Shown here: in pieces, positions 52,717 through 61,835 of the stretch
Position numbering within the stretch: the stretch's first letter is position 1
Layout of the letters: each line of letters starts with the position of its first letter
NCBI GenBank assembly: GCA_947458025.1
Contig: CANHCJ010000002.1
Span: 6,455 to 70,454 of the forward strand
From: Rhodospirillales bacterium
GTDB lineage: Bacteria > Pseudomonadota > Alphaproteobacteria > Acetobacterales > Acetobacteraceae
DNA: 64,000 nt
Direction of reading: 5' to 3'
Notes under the pieces: generated by a model
The model's input: the letters and a program-made list of their open reading frames with translations, nothing else
What the model was told of the DNA's origin: nothing
The model's database searches: none
Translations under genes and position numbers: made by a program

Positions 52717-53520
52717 TTATCCTTCCGATTCACGCGACGGCCCCACCAGGGTCGCGCCGCCATCCACCACCAGAACCTGTCCCGTCACAAACCGCGCCTG
52801 TGCCGACAGCAGGAAACGCACCGCCATCCCCACATCCCAGCCCGTGCCTTCAACACCCATCACGGAAGCCCGCCGCCGCCCCTCCCGCGCCATCTCGCTC
52901 ATCCCCCTCGCATAAACCATCGGCGTATAGACCGGCCCCGGCGCCACGCAGTTCACCCGGATGCCGTCCTTGCCATGGTCGACTGCCATCGCCTGGGAAA
53001 GCCCGATCACCGCCGCCTTGCTGGTCGTGTACGGCGTCAGCCCCCGCGGCCGCAGCGCCGAGATCGAGGAAACGTTCACGATCGCCCCGCCCCCCGCCCG
53101 CTTCATCGCCGGCACCGCGTACTTGCTCACGAGGAACATCGAATCCACGTTCACCCGCATCACCCGCGACCACTCCGCCTCGGACACATCCACCACGGAG
53201 CCCTTGCCGCCGATCCCCACATTGTTGTCCAGCACGTCCAGCCGCCCGAAGCTCCGCTCCGCGTGCGCCACCATCGCGGCACACGCCGCCCCGTCCGTCA
53301 CATCGTAGGAGGCCGCCTCCGCAGCGCCGCCCTCGGCCCGGATCATCTCCACCGTACGCTCAGCCAGCCCGATCTCCCGGTCCACCACCAAAACCCCGGC
53401 CCCGGCCCGCGCCAAAAGGATGGCCGCCGCACGCCCATTGCCAATTCCGTCCCCGGCAGCACCGCCCCCGGTCACGATCGCCCCTTTTCCCCTCAGGCCC
53501 CAGACATCGTCTTCCACCAT
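52717..53520 (-). CDS. SDR family oxidoreductase
   Basis: VTGGGAAGDGIGNGRA, NNVG and YTTSKAA (YxxxK) motifs. ATG 53520, with an alternative GTG at 53523. Confidence 0.85.
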   Translation of the reverse strand: MVEDDVWGLRGKGAIVTGGGAAGDGIGNGRAAAILLARAGAGVLVVDREIGLAERTVEMIRAEGGAAEAASYDVTDGAACAAMVAHAERSFGRLDVLDNNVGIGGKGSVVDVSEAEWSRVMRVNVDSMFLVSKYAVPAMKRAGGGAIVNVSSISALRPRGLTPYTTSKAAVIGLSQAMAVDHGKDGIRVNCVAPGPVYTPMVYARGMSEMAREGRRRASVMGVEGTGWDVGMAVRFLLSAQARFVTGQVLVVDGGATLVGPSRESEG

Positions 53521-53534
53521 CACCCCCCAGAAAG

Positions 53535-53574
53535 AGTCTTCTTTTTTCTGAAGAAAAAAGAAGCAAAAAAGACT
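53535..53574. other. AT-rich palindromic element in an otherwise GC-rich context
   Basis: CTTCTTTTTTC (53538-53548)-tgaa-GAAAAAAGAAG (53553-53563) is a perfect 11-bp inverted repeat. Flanking AGTCTT (53535-40) / AAGACT (53569-74) could pair alternatively. Confidence 0.7.
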
Positions 53575-53659
53575 TTACCTGTTTGCGCCCAAGGCTGCCC
53601 GCGCCAATGAACGGGAGAAGGCTGTTTGGGTCTCTTTTTCAAGAGAGAACATCCTTCCC

Positions 53660-54532
53660 TTATGGCAACCCCGCCCCCGGCACTGCCACCCGCACCGCCT
53701 CGATCGCTCCGTCACGCTTATCCGCCATCCCCGGCCCGCTCGCCGTCGACGTGCAAAGGTACAGCGTCTTCCTGTCCACCCCGCCCAGCATGCAGGCGAA
53801 GGCATGCCGCCCCGCAGCCATCGCGATCGTTTCCACCACCCCGCGGCCTTCCATTGCCCGCACCACACGCCCCCCGCGCGCATCCGCCACCCAGATCCCG
53901 CCCTCCGCATCCAGGCAGATCCCATCCGGCCAAACCCCGTCGAGCTGCGCGAACACCCGCCGCCCGGAAAGCCCTCCATCCGCCGCGATGTCGAAGCAGG
54001 TCAGCCGATGCGCCAGCGTCTCGCCGATGATCAGCCGCTTCCCGTCGGGCGTGATCACGGCCCCGTTCGGGAACATCAGCCCATCCGCCGCCTGGTGCAC
54101 GCTCCCGTCGGGATCCACCCGCGCCAGCACAGCGGCGCGCGGCTCCTCGCCCTTGTGCCGGTCGAACCCGAAATTACCGACATAGGCGCGCCCGGCTCCG
54201 TCCACGACCATGTCATTGCAGGGGCCGCTGGCAACCCCGGACAGGTCGGCCACCACCGAAAGCTCACCACGCTCGCACTTCATCAGCCGCCGGTCGAGCA
54301 TCGAAACCACCAGCATCGTCCCGTCCGGCCGCCACCCCAGCCCGCTCGGCTGCTGCGGCACATGCGCCATGGTTTCGGCCCACCCATCCTCGGTCAGCGC
54401 GATCACCCGATGCGTGTAGAAGTCCGAAAACCACAGCCTCCCCTCATGCCACCGCGGGCCCTCGGGAAAGGTGATTCCGCCCAGCACCGTCCGCAGCGCG
54501 CCTGTCGGGGCCCCAGTCGTGGCCATCAGCAT
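53660..54532 (-). CDS. SMP-30/gluconolactonase/LRE-like beta-propeller protein
   Basis: FPEGPRWHEGRLWFSD and NDMVVD motifs. 290 aa, GGGAGGA RBS. Confidence 0.8.
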   Translation of the reverse strand: MLMATTGAPTGALRTVLGGITFPEGPRWHEGRLWFSDFYTHRVIALTEDGWAETMAHVPQQPSGLGWRPDGTMLVVSMLDRRLMKCERGELSVVADLSGVASGPCNDMVVDGAGRAYVGNFGFDRHKGEEPRAAVLARVDPDGSVHQAADGLMFPNGAVITPDGKRLIIGETLAHRLTCFDIAADGGLSGRRVFAQLDGVWPDGICLDAEGGIWVADARGGRVVRAMEGRGVVETIAMAAGRHAFACMLGGVDRKTLYLCTSTASGPGMADKRDGAIEAVRVAVPGAGLP

Positions 54533-54625
54533 CCTCCCGCCTTACGCTTATCATGCGAGCCTACCCGCAATCCGCGCCGGAACAAGGCACCCCCGAGGAA
54601 AACGACAAGAAAGGAAACCGTCACC

Positions 54626-55486
54626 ATGTCCGAGACGACCTACGAAACCGTCCGCTACGAACAGCCCACCCCCGCCATCGCCCGCATCGTCATGAACCGG
54701 CCTGAGGCGCGCAACGCCCAGAACCTGGTCATGACCTACGACCTCAATGCTGCCTTCGACCGCGCAGTGGCCGACGAACAGGTTAAAGTCGTCATCCTCG
54801 CCGGCGCCGATCCGCACTTCTCCTCCGGCCACGACCTGCGCGCCGGCGGCCGCAACAAGGCCGGCATCGATTTCCCCGCCATCGGCACCTGGGGCGGCTT
54901 CACGGAGGGCGGCGCACATGGCCGTATGGCGCGCGAGCAGGAGATCTACCTGCAGATCACCCGCCGCTGGCGCAACCTGGCCAAGCCCACCATCGCCGAA
55001 GTCCAGGGCCGCTGCATCGCCGGCGGCCTCATGCTCGCCTGGGCCTGCGACCTCATCATCGCCAGCGACGACGCCTCCTTCTGCGACCCCGTCGTCACCA
55101 TGGGAGTCTGTGGCGTCGAATGGTTCGCCCACCCTTGGGAGCTCGGCGCCCGCAAGGCCAAGGAGTTCCTCTTCACCGCCGACACCTGGTCGGCGCAGGA
55201 GGCCCACCGCCTTGGCATGGTCAACCACGTCGTCCCCCGTGGCGAACTCTCTGCCTTCACCCTCGCACTCGCCGAAAAGATCGCTGCCAAGCCCGCCTTC
55301 GCGCTGAAAACCACCAAGGAAGCCGTCAACCGCGCCACCGACGCGATGGGTCAGCCCGAAGCCATGGAGCACGCCTTCGCCCTGCACCAGCTCTGCCACG
55401 CCCACAACCAGATGCTGTTCAACATGGCGGTGGACCCCTCCGGCCTTGCCCCTGCGGTCAAGGGCAAGCCACCGGCCGGCGGCTAG
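54626..55486 (+). CDS. Enoyl-CoA hydratase/isomerase family
   Basis: RIVMNRPEARNAQ and EVQGRCIAGGLML motifs. Confidence 0.85.
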   Translation: MSETTYETVRYEQPTPAIARIVMNRPEARNAQNLVMTYDLNAAFDRAVADEQVKVVILAGADPHFSSGHDLRAGGRNKAGIDFPAIGTWGGFTEGGAHGRMAREQEIYLQITRRWRNLAKPTIAEVQGRCIAGGLMLAWACDLIIASDDASFCDPVVTMGVCGVEWFAHPWELGARKAKEFLFTADTWSAQEAHRLGMVNHVVPRGELSAFTLALAEKIAAKPAFALKTTKEAVNRATDAMGQPEAMEHAFALHQLCHAHNQMLFNMAVDPSGLAPAVKGKPPAGG

Positions 55487-55653
55487 GTCCCATCCCATCC
55501 AAAAGGATGAAATCCTTGTAAACACAACCATGTCAGGTGGATGCCGGCGAGCCACGCGCCGGCATCTGCCCTTGCCGTGCCGTCGGAAGAAATTTTTCTG
55601 CCTCGCAGGAAAATTCCCTTGCCACCCACCGATGGACATTTTATATAACTGAC

Positions 55654-56322
55654 ATGACCCAATCATCCGCTTCACCCCCTGCTGCGCCGGCGTGCCTCCG
55701 CACGCCCGAGCTGGCACGCGCGGTGCTGCGGGTCATTCTCGCGCCCCTCATCGCTCTCCTCGAAGCGCGCATCGGCGTCGCGCTGGACCAGCTGCTCGGC
55801 CTGATGCAGCGATGGCGCGACGGAACGCTTCCGCCGCCGCCTCCGGAGCGCCCGTACCTCCCCCGCCAGGCCTCCCCGCGCCCGTACTCCGCGCCGCCTG
55901 CCCAGGTGCCGTCCTGGCTGGACACCCTCTTTGCCCTGGCCGCCTCCGACGAACCGGTCTGCGGATCCCGGCCGCGCGCCCGTACGGCGTCAGCCTCCCA
56001 ACCGCCCATCGTTCCCCAGGCCTGCGGATCACAGCCGCAAGCGCCGGATGCCATATCCGGCCTACCCAACCCTGCTGCGCCACATGCAGTGCCCAAGCCG
56101 CAGCCCTCGCCGGGCCCCGGATGTCGCATGCCCATCATGCGCCGGCCCGCCCGGGTTGCCGTGAATGGCTGTACGCCCGCAAGCCAGCCGCCACGTGGCC
56201 GCGCGGTCTCTCGACGGCCCGTCCTTGCCGACCCTCCGCTGCGCCCTCCGGACCTCCGAAAAAGCCTTGCCAGGGCCGGCGACCGCGCTCGTCTGTTTTG
56301 TTACGATATCAAAATTAATTGA
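55654..56322 (+). CDS. Hypothetical Pro/Ala/Arg-rich protein
   Basis: GC3-biased ORF from ATG 55654, preceded by an AT-rich TTTTATATAACTGAC. No recognisable domain. Its 3' end overlaps the convergent ACAD stop by 8 nt. Confidence 0.4.
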   Translation: MTQSSASPPAAPACLRTPELARAVLRVILAPLIALLEARIGVALDQLLGLMQRWRDGTLPPPPPERPYLPRQASPRPYSAPPAQVPSWLDTLFALAASDEPVCGSRPRARTASASQPPIVPQACGSQPQAPDAISGLPNPAAPHAVPKPQPSPGPGCRMPIMRRPARVAVNGCTPASQPPRGRAVSRRPVLADPPLRPPDLRKSLARAGDRARLFCYDIKIN

Positions 56323-57487
56323 TGCCGCCCCACTTCCCGTCCAGCACGCGCTTGCCGATCGTCATCCGGTGCACCTCGCTCGGGCCCTCATAGACCCGCA
56401 TCGCCCGCACCTTGTTCGCCATCAGCTGCAGCGGCATCTCCTTCGTCACCCCCATCGCCCCATGCGCCTGCATCGCCTGGTCGATGATCTCTTGCGCCAT
56501 TTCGGTCGCATAGACCTTGATCATGGAGGCCTCGGTGCGGACATCCTTGCCCGCGTCGTTCTTCGCCGCCGCGTCCATCACCATCAGGCGGCAGGCATGA
56601 ATCTTCGTCGCCGCCTCCGCCACCCACCACTGGATCGCCTGGCGGTCCGCAAGCCTCGCCCCGAACGTCACCCGATGGCGCGCATGCTCGCACAGCATCT
56701 GCAGCGCCCGCACCGCCATTCCGGTGCACCATGCCCCCATCTGCAGCCGCCGCACCGTCAGCCGCAGCTGCATCGGCGCGAACCCCTTGCCGATCGCCCC
56801 CAGCACCCGGTCGCCCGGGATGCGGCAATCCTCGAATACCAGCTCGTAGGTCCGCTGCCCACCGATCATCTGGATTTCGCGCTCGATGATGAAGCCCTTC
56901 TCGCCCTTCTCCACGATGAAGGCGGTCACCCCCTCGTGCCGCTTCCCGTCGCCGGTCCGCGCCATCACGATCACGAAGTCCGATTGCGGAACCCGGCTCA
57001 CCCAGATCTTCCGCCCGTTGATCACCCAGTCGCCGCCATCCTGCACGGCCCGCGTGATCATCCCCGCCGGATCGCCGCCAGCGCCAGGCTCGGAGATCGC
57101 GATCGCCGATTTCGCTGTACCCGCCGCATAGGGCTCCAGGTACTTCCGGCGCTGCTCCGGGCTGGCCACCGCCAGCAACATATGAAGGTTGGGCGAATCA
57201 GGCGGAAAGGTGAACGGGAAGGCGCAGCGGCCGAGTTCCTCGTTCATCGCCATCAGCGCCACCGCCGGCAGATTGGCGCCGCCCAACTCCTCCGGCACGT
57301 CAAGCGACCACAACCCCAGCTCCTTGCACCGGGCCAGGATCCGCTCCTCCTCCTCGTCCGAAAGGCCCGCCTTGCCTCCAGCCGCCTCCCGCGCGAGCAC
57401 CTGGCGTTCAAGTGGCATCAGTTCCTGGTCGACGAACTTCGCCACCAGTTCCTTCAGCATGCGGTGCTCTTCGGACAACTCAAACAT
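56315..57487 (-). CDS. Acyl-CoA dehydrogenase (canonical, MCAD-type catalytic YEG motif)
   Basis: MFELSEEHRMLKE start with a GGGAGG RBS, ISEPGAGGD motif, and C-terminal VYEGPSEV. The longer 600-aa ORF is an artefact extension. Confidence 0.9.
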   Translation of the reverse strand: MFELSEEHRMLKELVAKFVDQELMPLERQVLAREAAGGKAGLSDEEEERILARCKELGLWSLDVPEELGGANLPAVALMAMNEELGRCAFPFTFPPDSPNLHMLLAVASPEQRRKYLEPYAAGTAKSAIAISEPGAGGDPAGMITRAVQDGGDWVINGRKIWVSRVPQSDFVIVMARTGDGKRHEGVTAFIVEKGEKGFIIEREIQMIGGQRTYELVFEDCRIPGDRVLGAIGKGFAPMQLRLTVRRLQMGAWCTGMAVRALQMLCEHARHRVTFGARLADRQAIQWWVAEAATKIHACRLMVMDAAAKNDAGKDVRTEASMIKVYATEMAQEIIDQAMQAHGAMGVTKEMPLQLMANKVRAMRVYEGPSEVHRMTIGKRVLDGKWGGIN

Positions 57488-57543
57488 CGGCAGGGCCCTC
57501 CCGGGCGCATTGTCGCGCCCGGGAAGCCCCCCGGCAAGGCCGC

Positions 57544-59139
57544 TCAGCCCCGCTTCACGTTCCAGAACAGCGCATAGCCGTCCAGCACGCCGCTGATGTT
57601 CTTCCGGTAGGCCATCGGCGAGAAGAACTGCCCGAAGGGAATGTAGGGCACGTCCTCGAAGGCCTGGAGCTGGATCTCCCGCGCCAGCCGCCTCTGCTCG
57701 GCCACATCCGACGAATCCAGCCACGCGTCGCGCAGATCCTCCAGCTTGGCGCTCTCCGGCCAGCCGATGCGCCCGCGCCGGCCATTGGCCCGCAGCGACG
57801 AGTTCACCGCCGGGTCCAGCTGGTCCACGCCCGACCAGTAGCTGTGGAACGCGTTCCATCCGCCGGCATCGGCCGCATCCTGCCGCCCCAACCGCTGCAC
57901 CACCGAACCCCAGTCCATGTACAGCGGTTCCACGTTGAGCCCGCAGCGCTTCAGCATGTCCACGCCCACGTCGCCCGCGAACTTCAAAGCCGGCACATCG
58001 GTCGGCACCAGCACCGCCACCTTCTCGCCCTTGTAGCCCGCGGCCTGGATCTCTCGCCTGGCTCGATCGGGATCGCGCCTGCTCGTCAGCCGCTCCATCC
58101 CGGCATCGTTCGCCCATGGCCCGTTCGGCGCAAAGAAGCCAACGCCGTCATTCCACATCGACTTTTCGGTGCCGGCCACCGCGGTCATGTAATCTTCCTG
58201 GCTGACCGCCCACCACACAGCCCTGCGGATCGCGGGGTTGTTGAAGGGCACGGTCAGGTGATTGAACCGCAGGAATCCGAGATAACCCGTCTTGTCATGG
58301 TTCTGCACGGTCAGGTTGGCATTGCGCCGGAGCACCGGAAGCAGGTCGGTGGAGGGATTCTCCCACCAGTCGATCTCCCCTGCCTGCAGCGCAGCCCCTG
58401 CGGTTCCGGCATCGGGAATGACCTGCCATTCAACGCGATCGAAATTCACGACCTTCGGCCCGGCGATGAAGCTCGGTGTCCCGGATGACACCGGCACATA
58501 GTCGGCATTGCGGGCAAAAACCACGCGCGAGCCGGCCACGCGCTCGGCGGCAACGAACCGGTAAGGTCCACTGCCCACCATCTCCGTGATCGGCCGTCCC
58601 GTCGCCGGCGCGATCAGCCGCTCCGGCATGATCGCGCAGATCGACGAACCCGGCTTGCCCAATGCCGCCGCCACCAGCGCGAAAGGCTTCTTCATGCGGA
58701 ACCGCAGCCGCTTGTCGTCCAGCGCTTCCAGCTCATCGGTCCGGTCCATGAGCGTCTGGCCCATGTTGTCCCGCAGCGCCCAGCGCCTGATGGAAGCCAC
58801 CGCGTCCTTGGCCAGAACGGGCTCGCCGTCGTGAAACTTCAGCCCGTCGCGCAGCGTGATGGTCCAGATCTTGCCACCATCCTCCACCACGTGGCCGGCC
58901 GCCATCTGCGGCGTCACCTGGAAGTCGGCACTGGTGCCATAGAGCATGTCGTAGACCATTATCGCCGCATTGCGCGTGATGTACGAGGCACTCCAGGACG
59001 GATCCAGCACGGTGAGATCGGCATGCGGGACGAATTTCAGCACCCGTTGGCCTTGCGCCGCGGCGATCCTTGGCGCAGCAAGCGGCAAGGCAGCGGCGCC
59101 GGCGAGGATGGCGCGACGAGTCAGGCGAGACGCAGGCAT
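57544..59139 (-). CDS. ABC transporter substrate-binding protein, family 5, with twin-arginine-type signal
   Basis: MPASRLTRRAILAGAAALPLAAPRIAAAQ contains a T-R-R-x-I-L motif. 531 aa. No adjacent permease or ATPase genes. Confidence 0.85.
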   Translation of the reverse strand: MPASRLTRRAILAGAAALPLAAPRIAAAQGQRVLKFVPHADLTVLDPSWSASYITRNAAIMVYDMLYGTSADFQVTPQMAAGHVVEDGGKIWTITLRDGLKFHDGEPVLAKDAVASIRRWALRDNMGQTLMDRTDELEALDDKRLRFRMKKPFALVAAALGKPGSSICAIMPERLIAPATGRPITEMVGSGPYRFVAAERVAGSRVVFARNADYVPVSSGTPSFIAGPKVVNFDRVEWQVIPDAGTAGAALQAGEIDWWENPSTDLLPVLRRNANLTVQNHDKTGYLGFLRFNHLTVPFNNPAIRRAVWWAVSQEDYMTAVAGTEKSMWNDGVGFFAPNGPWANDAGMERLTSRRDPDRARREIQAAGYKGEKVAVLVPTDVPALKFAGDVGVDMLKRCGLNVEPLYMDWGSVVQRLGRQDAADAGGWNAFHSYWSGVDQLDPAVNSSLRANGRRGRIGWPESAKLEDLRDAWLDSSDVAEQRRLAREIQLQAFEDVPYIPFGQFFSPMAYRKNISGVLDGYALFWNVKRG

Positions 59140-59338
59140 GGCGGATCTCCCGGATCGGTGACGTAGGTCGAGCCTAGACGGTAACCATGGCGCAAGAAAA
59201 CAACATCGAACGTGACTCCGCAGCTTTTGCCCCCCTGGCCGGGCGCGGTGGCGTTCACCCGCGAGATGTGCTGTCTAGCGCCGCATTGGTGGGCGGGTCT
59301 GGGGCACAGGCAGCACCGGGCGACCTGGAGGTAGGGCA

Positions 59339-60652
59339 TTGAAGATCGCGATGATCGGCGGGGGCTATGTGGGTCTCGTGTCGGGCGCGTGTTTCGCAGC
59401 GTTCGGCACCGAGGTCGCCGTCGTGGAAAGCGACCCTTCGCGGCTCCAGGCACTCCGCCAGGGCCGGATCCCGATCTATGAACCAGGCCTGACCGAACTC
59501 GTCGCAGAGGGCGTTGCCAAGGGGCATCTCTCTTTCGGCGACGATCTGCGCGCCGCGGTGACCGGGGCCGACGCGGTGTTCATCGCGGTCGGCACTCCGA
59601 CCCGGCGTGGCGACGGGCATGCCGATCTCAGCTACGTCTATGCCGCTGCCGAGCAGGTGGCGAAGTGCTTGAGCGGCTACACCGTGATCGTCACCAAATC
59701 CACCGTCCCGGTCGGCACCGGAAGGCGGATCGCCTCCATCATCCAGCATGTCACCCCTGGTGCCGATGTGGACGTCGCCTCCAACCCGGAGTTCCTGCGG
59801 GAGGGCAGCGCCATTCGTGACTTCATGCAGCCTGACCGGGTCGTGATCGGCTGCACTTCCCCCCGCGCCCGTTCGGTGCTTGGCCAACTCTACAGCCCGC
59901 TAGCCTCCCGGCCGGATCTCGTGCTGTACACAGGCATCGAGACGGCCGAACTCATCAAGTACGCCGCGAACTCCTTCCTGGCGATGAAGGTGACCTTCAT
60001 CAACGAGATGGCGGACTTGTGCGAGAAGGTCGGGGCCAACGTGAAGGAGGTCGCCCATGCGATCGGCCTCGACGCCCGCATTGGGCCGCGCTTTCTGCAG
60101 CCCGGGCCGGGATTCGGCGGCAGTTGCTTCCCAAAGGACACGCTAGCCTTGGTTCGCATCGCCCAGGAAGCCGGCGCCCCGTCGCGCCTGGTGGAGGCGG
60201 TGGTGGCGGTCAACGATGCACGCAAGGCATCGATGTCAGCGCGCGTGATTGCCGCCTGCGGGGGAAACGTGCGTGGCCAGACGATCGCCATCCTGGGCCT
60301 GACCTTCAAGCCCGATACGGATGACATGCGCGACTCGCCCTCCATCCCGATCGTGGCACGACTGGTCGAGGATGGCGCAACGGTGAGGGTGTTCGACCCC
60401 CAGGGAATGGAACCTGCACGCCCGCTGCTGCCGAACGGAACCGTGTTCGCGCCGACCAGCGAAGCGGCGCTGGATGGAGCTGATGCGCTGGTTCTGGTGA
60501 CCGAATGGGACATGTTTCGTTCTATCCAGCCCGACGCACTGCAGACGATGATGCGCGGCAAGGTCGTAGTTGACCTGCGCAACGTCTTCGACCCGGCGAC
60601 CATGCTGGCCCATGGCTTCGCCTATCACGGGATAGGCGTGACCGCCCGCTAA
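59339..60652 (+). CDS. ugd: UDP-glucose 6-dehydrogenase
   Basis: TTG start after GGAGG. MKIAMIGGGYVGLVSGACFA and GFGGSCFPKD (catalytic Cys) motifs. 437 aa. Confidence 0.9.
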   Translation: MKIAMIGGGYVGLVSGACFAAFGTEVAVVESDPSRLQALRQGRIPIYEPGLTELVAEGVAKGHLSFGDDLRAAVTGADAVFIAVGTPTRRGDGHADLSYVYAAAEQVAKCLSGYTVIVTKSTVPVGTGRRIASIIQHVTPGADVDVASNPEFLREGSAIRDFMQPDRVVIGCTSPRARSVLGQLYSPLASRPDLVLYTGIETAELIKYAANSFLAMKVTFINEMADLCEKVGANVKEVAHAIGLDARIGPRFLQPGPGFGGSCFPKDTLALVRIAQEAGAPSRLVEAVVAVNDARKASMSARVIAACGGNVRGQTIAILGLTFKPDTDDMRDSPSIPIVARLVEDGATVRVFDPQGMEPARPLLPNGTVFAPTSEAALDGADALVLVTEWDMFRSIQPDALQTMMRGKVVVDLRNVFDPATMLAHGFAYHGIGVTAR

Positions 60653-60727
60653 CTCAACCTCCACCGCGACCAACAGCAGGGTGAAGCATCTAAGATGCTT
60701 GCCACTGGCACAGCTCCAAATTAAGAA

Positions 60728-60747
60728 TGCGAATAACTCGCAATTGC
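60728..60747. promoter_or_regulatory. Candidate operator: overlapping dyads TGCGA-N5-TCGCA and GCAATTGC upstream of the iron SBP gene
   Basis: Perfect 5-N5-5 inverted repeat at 60728-60742 and an 8-bp palindrome at 60740-60747. They sit in a relatively AT-rich stretch 21-40 nt upstream of ATG 60768. Confidence 0.3.
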
Positions 60748-60767
60748 AGTGTCGGGAGACGTCATCG

Positions 60768-61811
60768 ATGCGCCTGATTCGCCGCCCCCTCCTCCTCGGT
60801 GCCGCCATGCTGGCAGGCTTTGCTGCCCTGGTTCCAGCCTCTCCCGCGGTCGCAGCTGGAGAGGTCAATCTGTATACGACTCGTGAGCAGGGACTGATCC
60901 AGCCGCTGCTCGACGGCTTCACCAAGGCGACCGGCATCAAGGTGAACACAGTGTTCATGAATGCCGGACTGGCTGAGCGGGTGGCAGCCGAGGGTGCCCG
61001 CTCGCCGGCCGATGTGCTGATGACGGTGGATGTCGGCAGCCTGGTTGAACTCGACGAAAGGAACCTGACTCAACGCATCAATTCGCTGGCGGTGCAGGCG
61101 GCGATGCCCTCTTGGTTTCGCGATACCAGTGCCAACTGGGTGCCGCTGACACTACGGGCACGGGTGATCGTGGTGTCGAAGGACCGTGTTGCAGACAAGG
61201 CAATGACGTATGAGCAACTCGCGGACCCGAAGTGGAAAGGCAGGGTGTGTATCCGCAGCGGCAACCACCCCTACAACACCGCGCTCTGGGGCGCGATGAT
61301 CGCGAAGAAGGGGGCACCGACGACGGAAGCGTACCTGGCCGCGCTCAGGGGTAACCTGGCGCGCAGGGCGGCAGGCGGCGATCGGGACATTTCGCGCGAC
61401 ATCATGGCTGGGCTGTGCGACGTGGGCGTGACAAACAGCTATTACATTGGGCTGATGCTGGCTGGCCGAGGCGGGGCTGAGCAGAAGAAGTGGGCCGAGG
61501 CGGTCCGGGTCATCATGCCGACCTTCTCTGACGGCAGCGGCACGCACGCCAACCTGTCCGGAGCGTCGGTTGCCCGGCATGCCCCCAACGTCGCCAACGC
61601 TACGAAGTTGATCGAGTACCTTCTCTCTCCCGAAGCGCAGAAGATGTATGCGGAGGGGAATTTCGAGCATCCGGTTCTGGCAACTGCGGCTTTGCATCCG
61701 ATCGTTGCCGGCTTCGGGGCGCTCAAGGTGGATTCGACGTCGCTCCTGGCGGTGGCGCGGAACCGCGCGGGTGCCAGCCAGATGGTGGACCGGGTGGGCT
61801 TCGACAATTGA
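60768..61811 (+). CDS. Fe(3+) ABC transporter substrate-binding protein (FbpA/AfuA-like)
   Basis: Signal peptide, then GEVNLYTTREQGLIQPLLDGFTKATGIKV, typical of ferric-binding SBPs. Confidence 0.75.
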   Translation: MRLIRRPLLLGAAMLAGFAALVPASPAVAAGEVNLYTTREQGLIQPLLDGFTKATGIKVNTVFMNAGLAERVAAEGARSPADVLMTVDVGSLVELDERNLTQRINSLAVQAAMPSWFRDTSANWVPLTLRARVIVVSKDRVADKAMTYEQLADPKWKGRVCIRSGNHPYNTALWGAMIAKKGAPTTEAYLAALRGNLARRAAGGDRDISRDIMAGLCDVGVTNSYYIGLMLAGRGGAEQKKWAEAVRVIMPTFSDGSGTHANLSGASVARHAPNVANATKLIEYLLSPEAQKMYAEGNFEHPVLATAALHPIVAGFGALKVDSTSLLAVARNRAGASQMVDRVGFDN

Positions 61812-61835
61812 TTGGGGTATCGTCCCTCTGAGAAA

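Noticed and set aside
52293-54185. 630-aa plus-strand ORF spanning SDR, intergenic region and SMP-30
   Set aside because: It is Pro/Ser/Arg/Ala low complexity and antisense to two well-supported genes. It crosses the AT-rich palindrome only by chance absence of stop codons.
57488-58117. N-terminal extension of the ACAD ORF (56315-58117 minus)
   Set aside because: It overlaps the solute-binding protein gene in another frame. The ACAD consensus start MFELSEEH, with an RBS, is at 57487.
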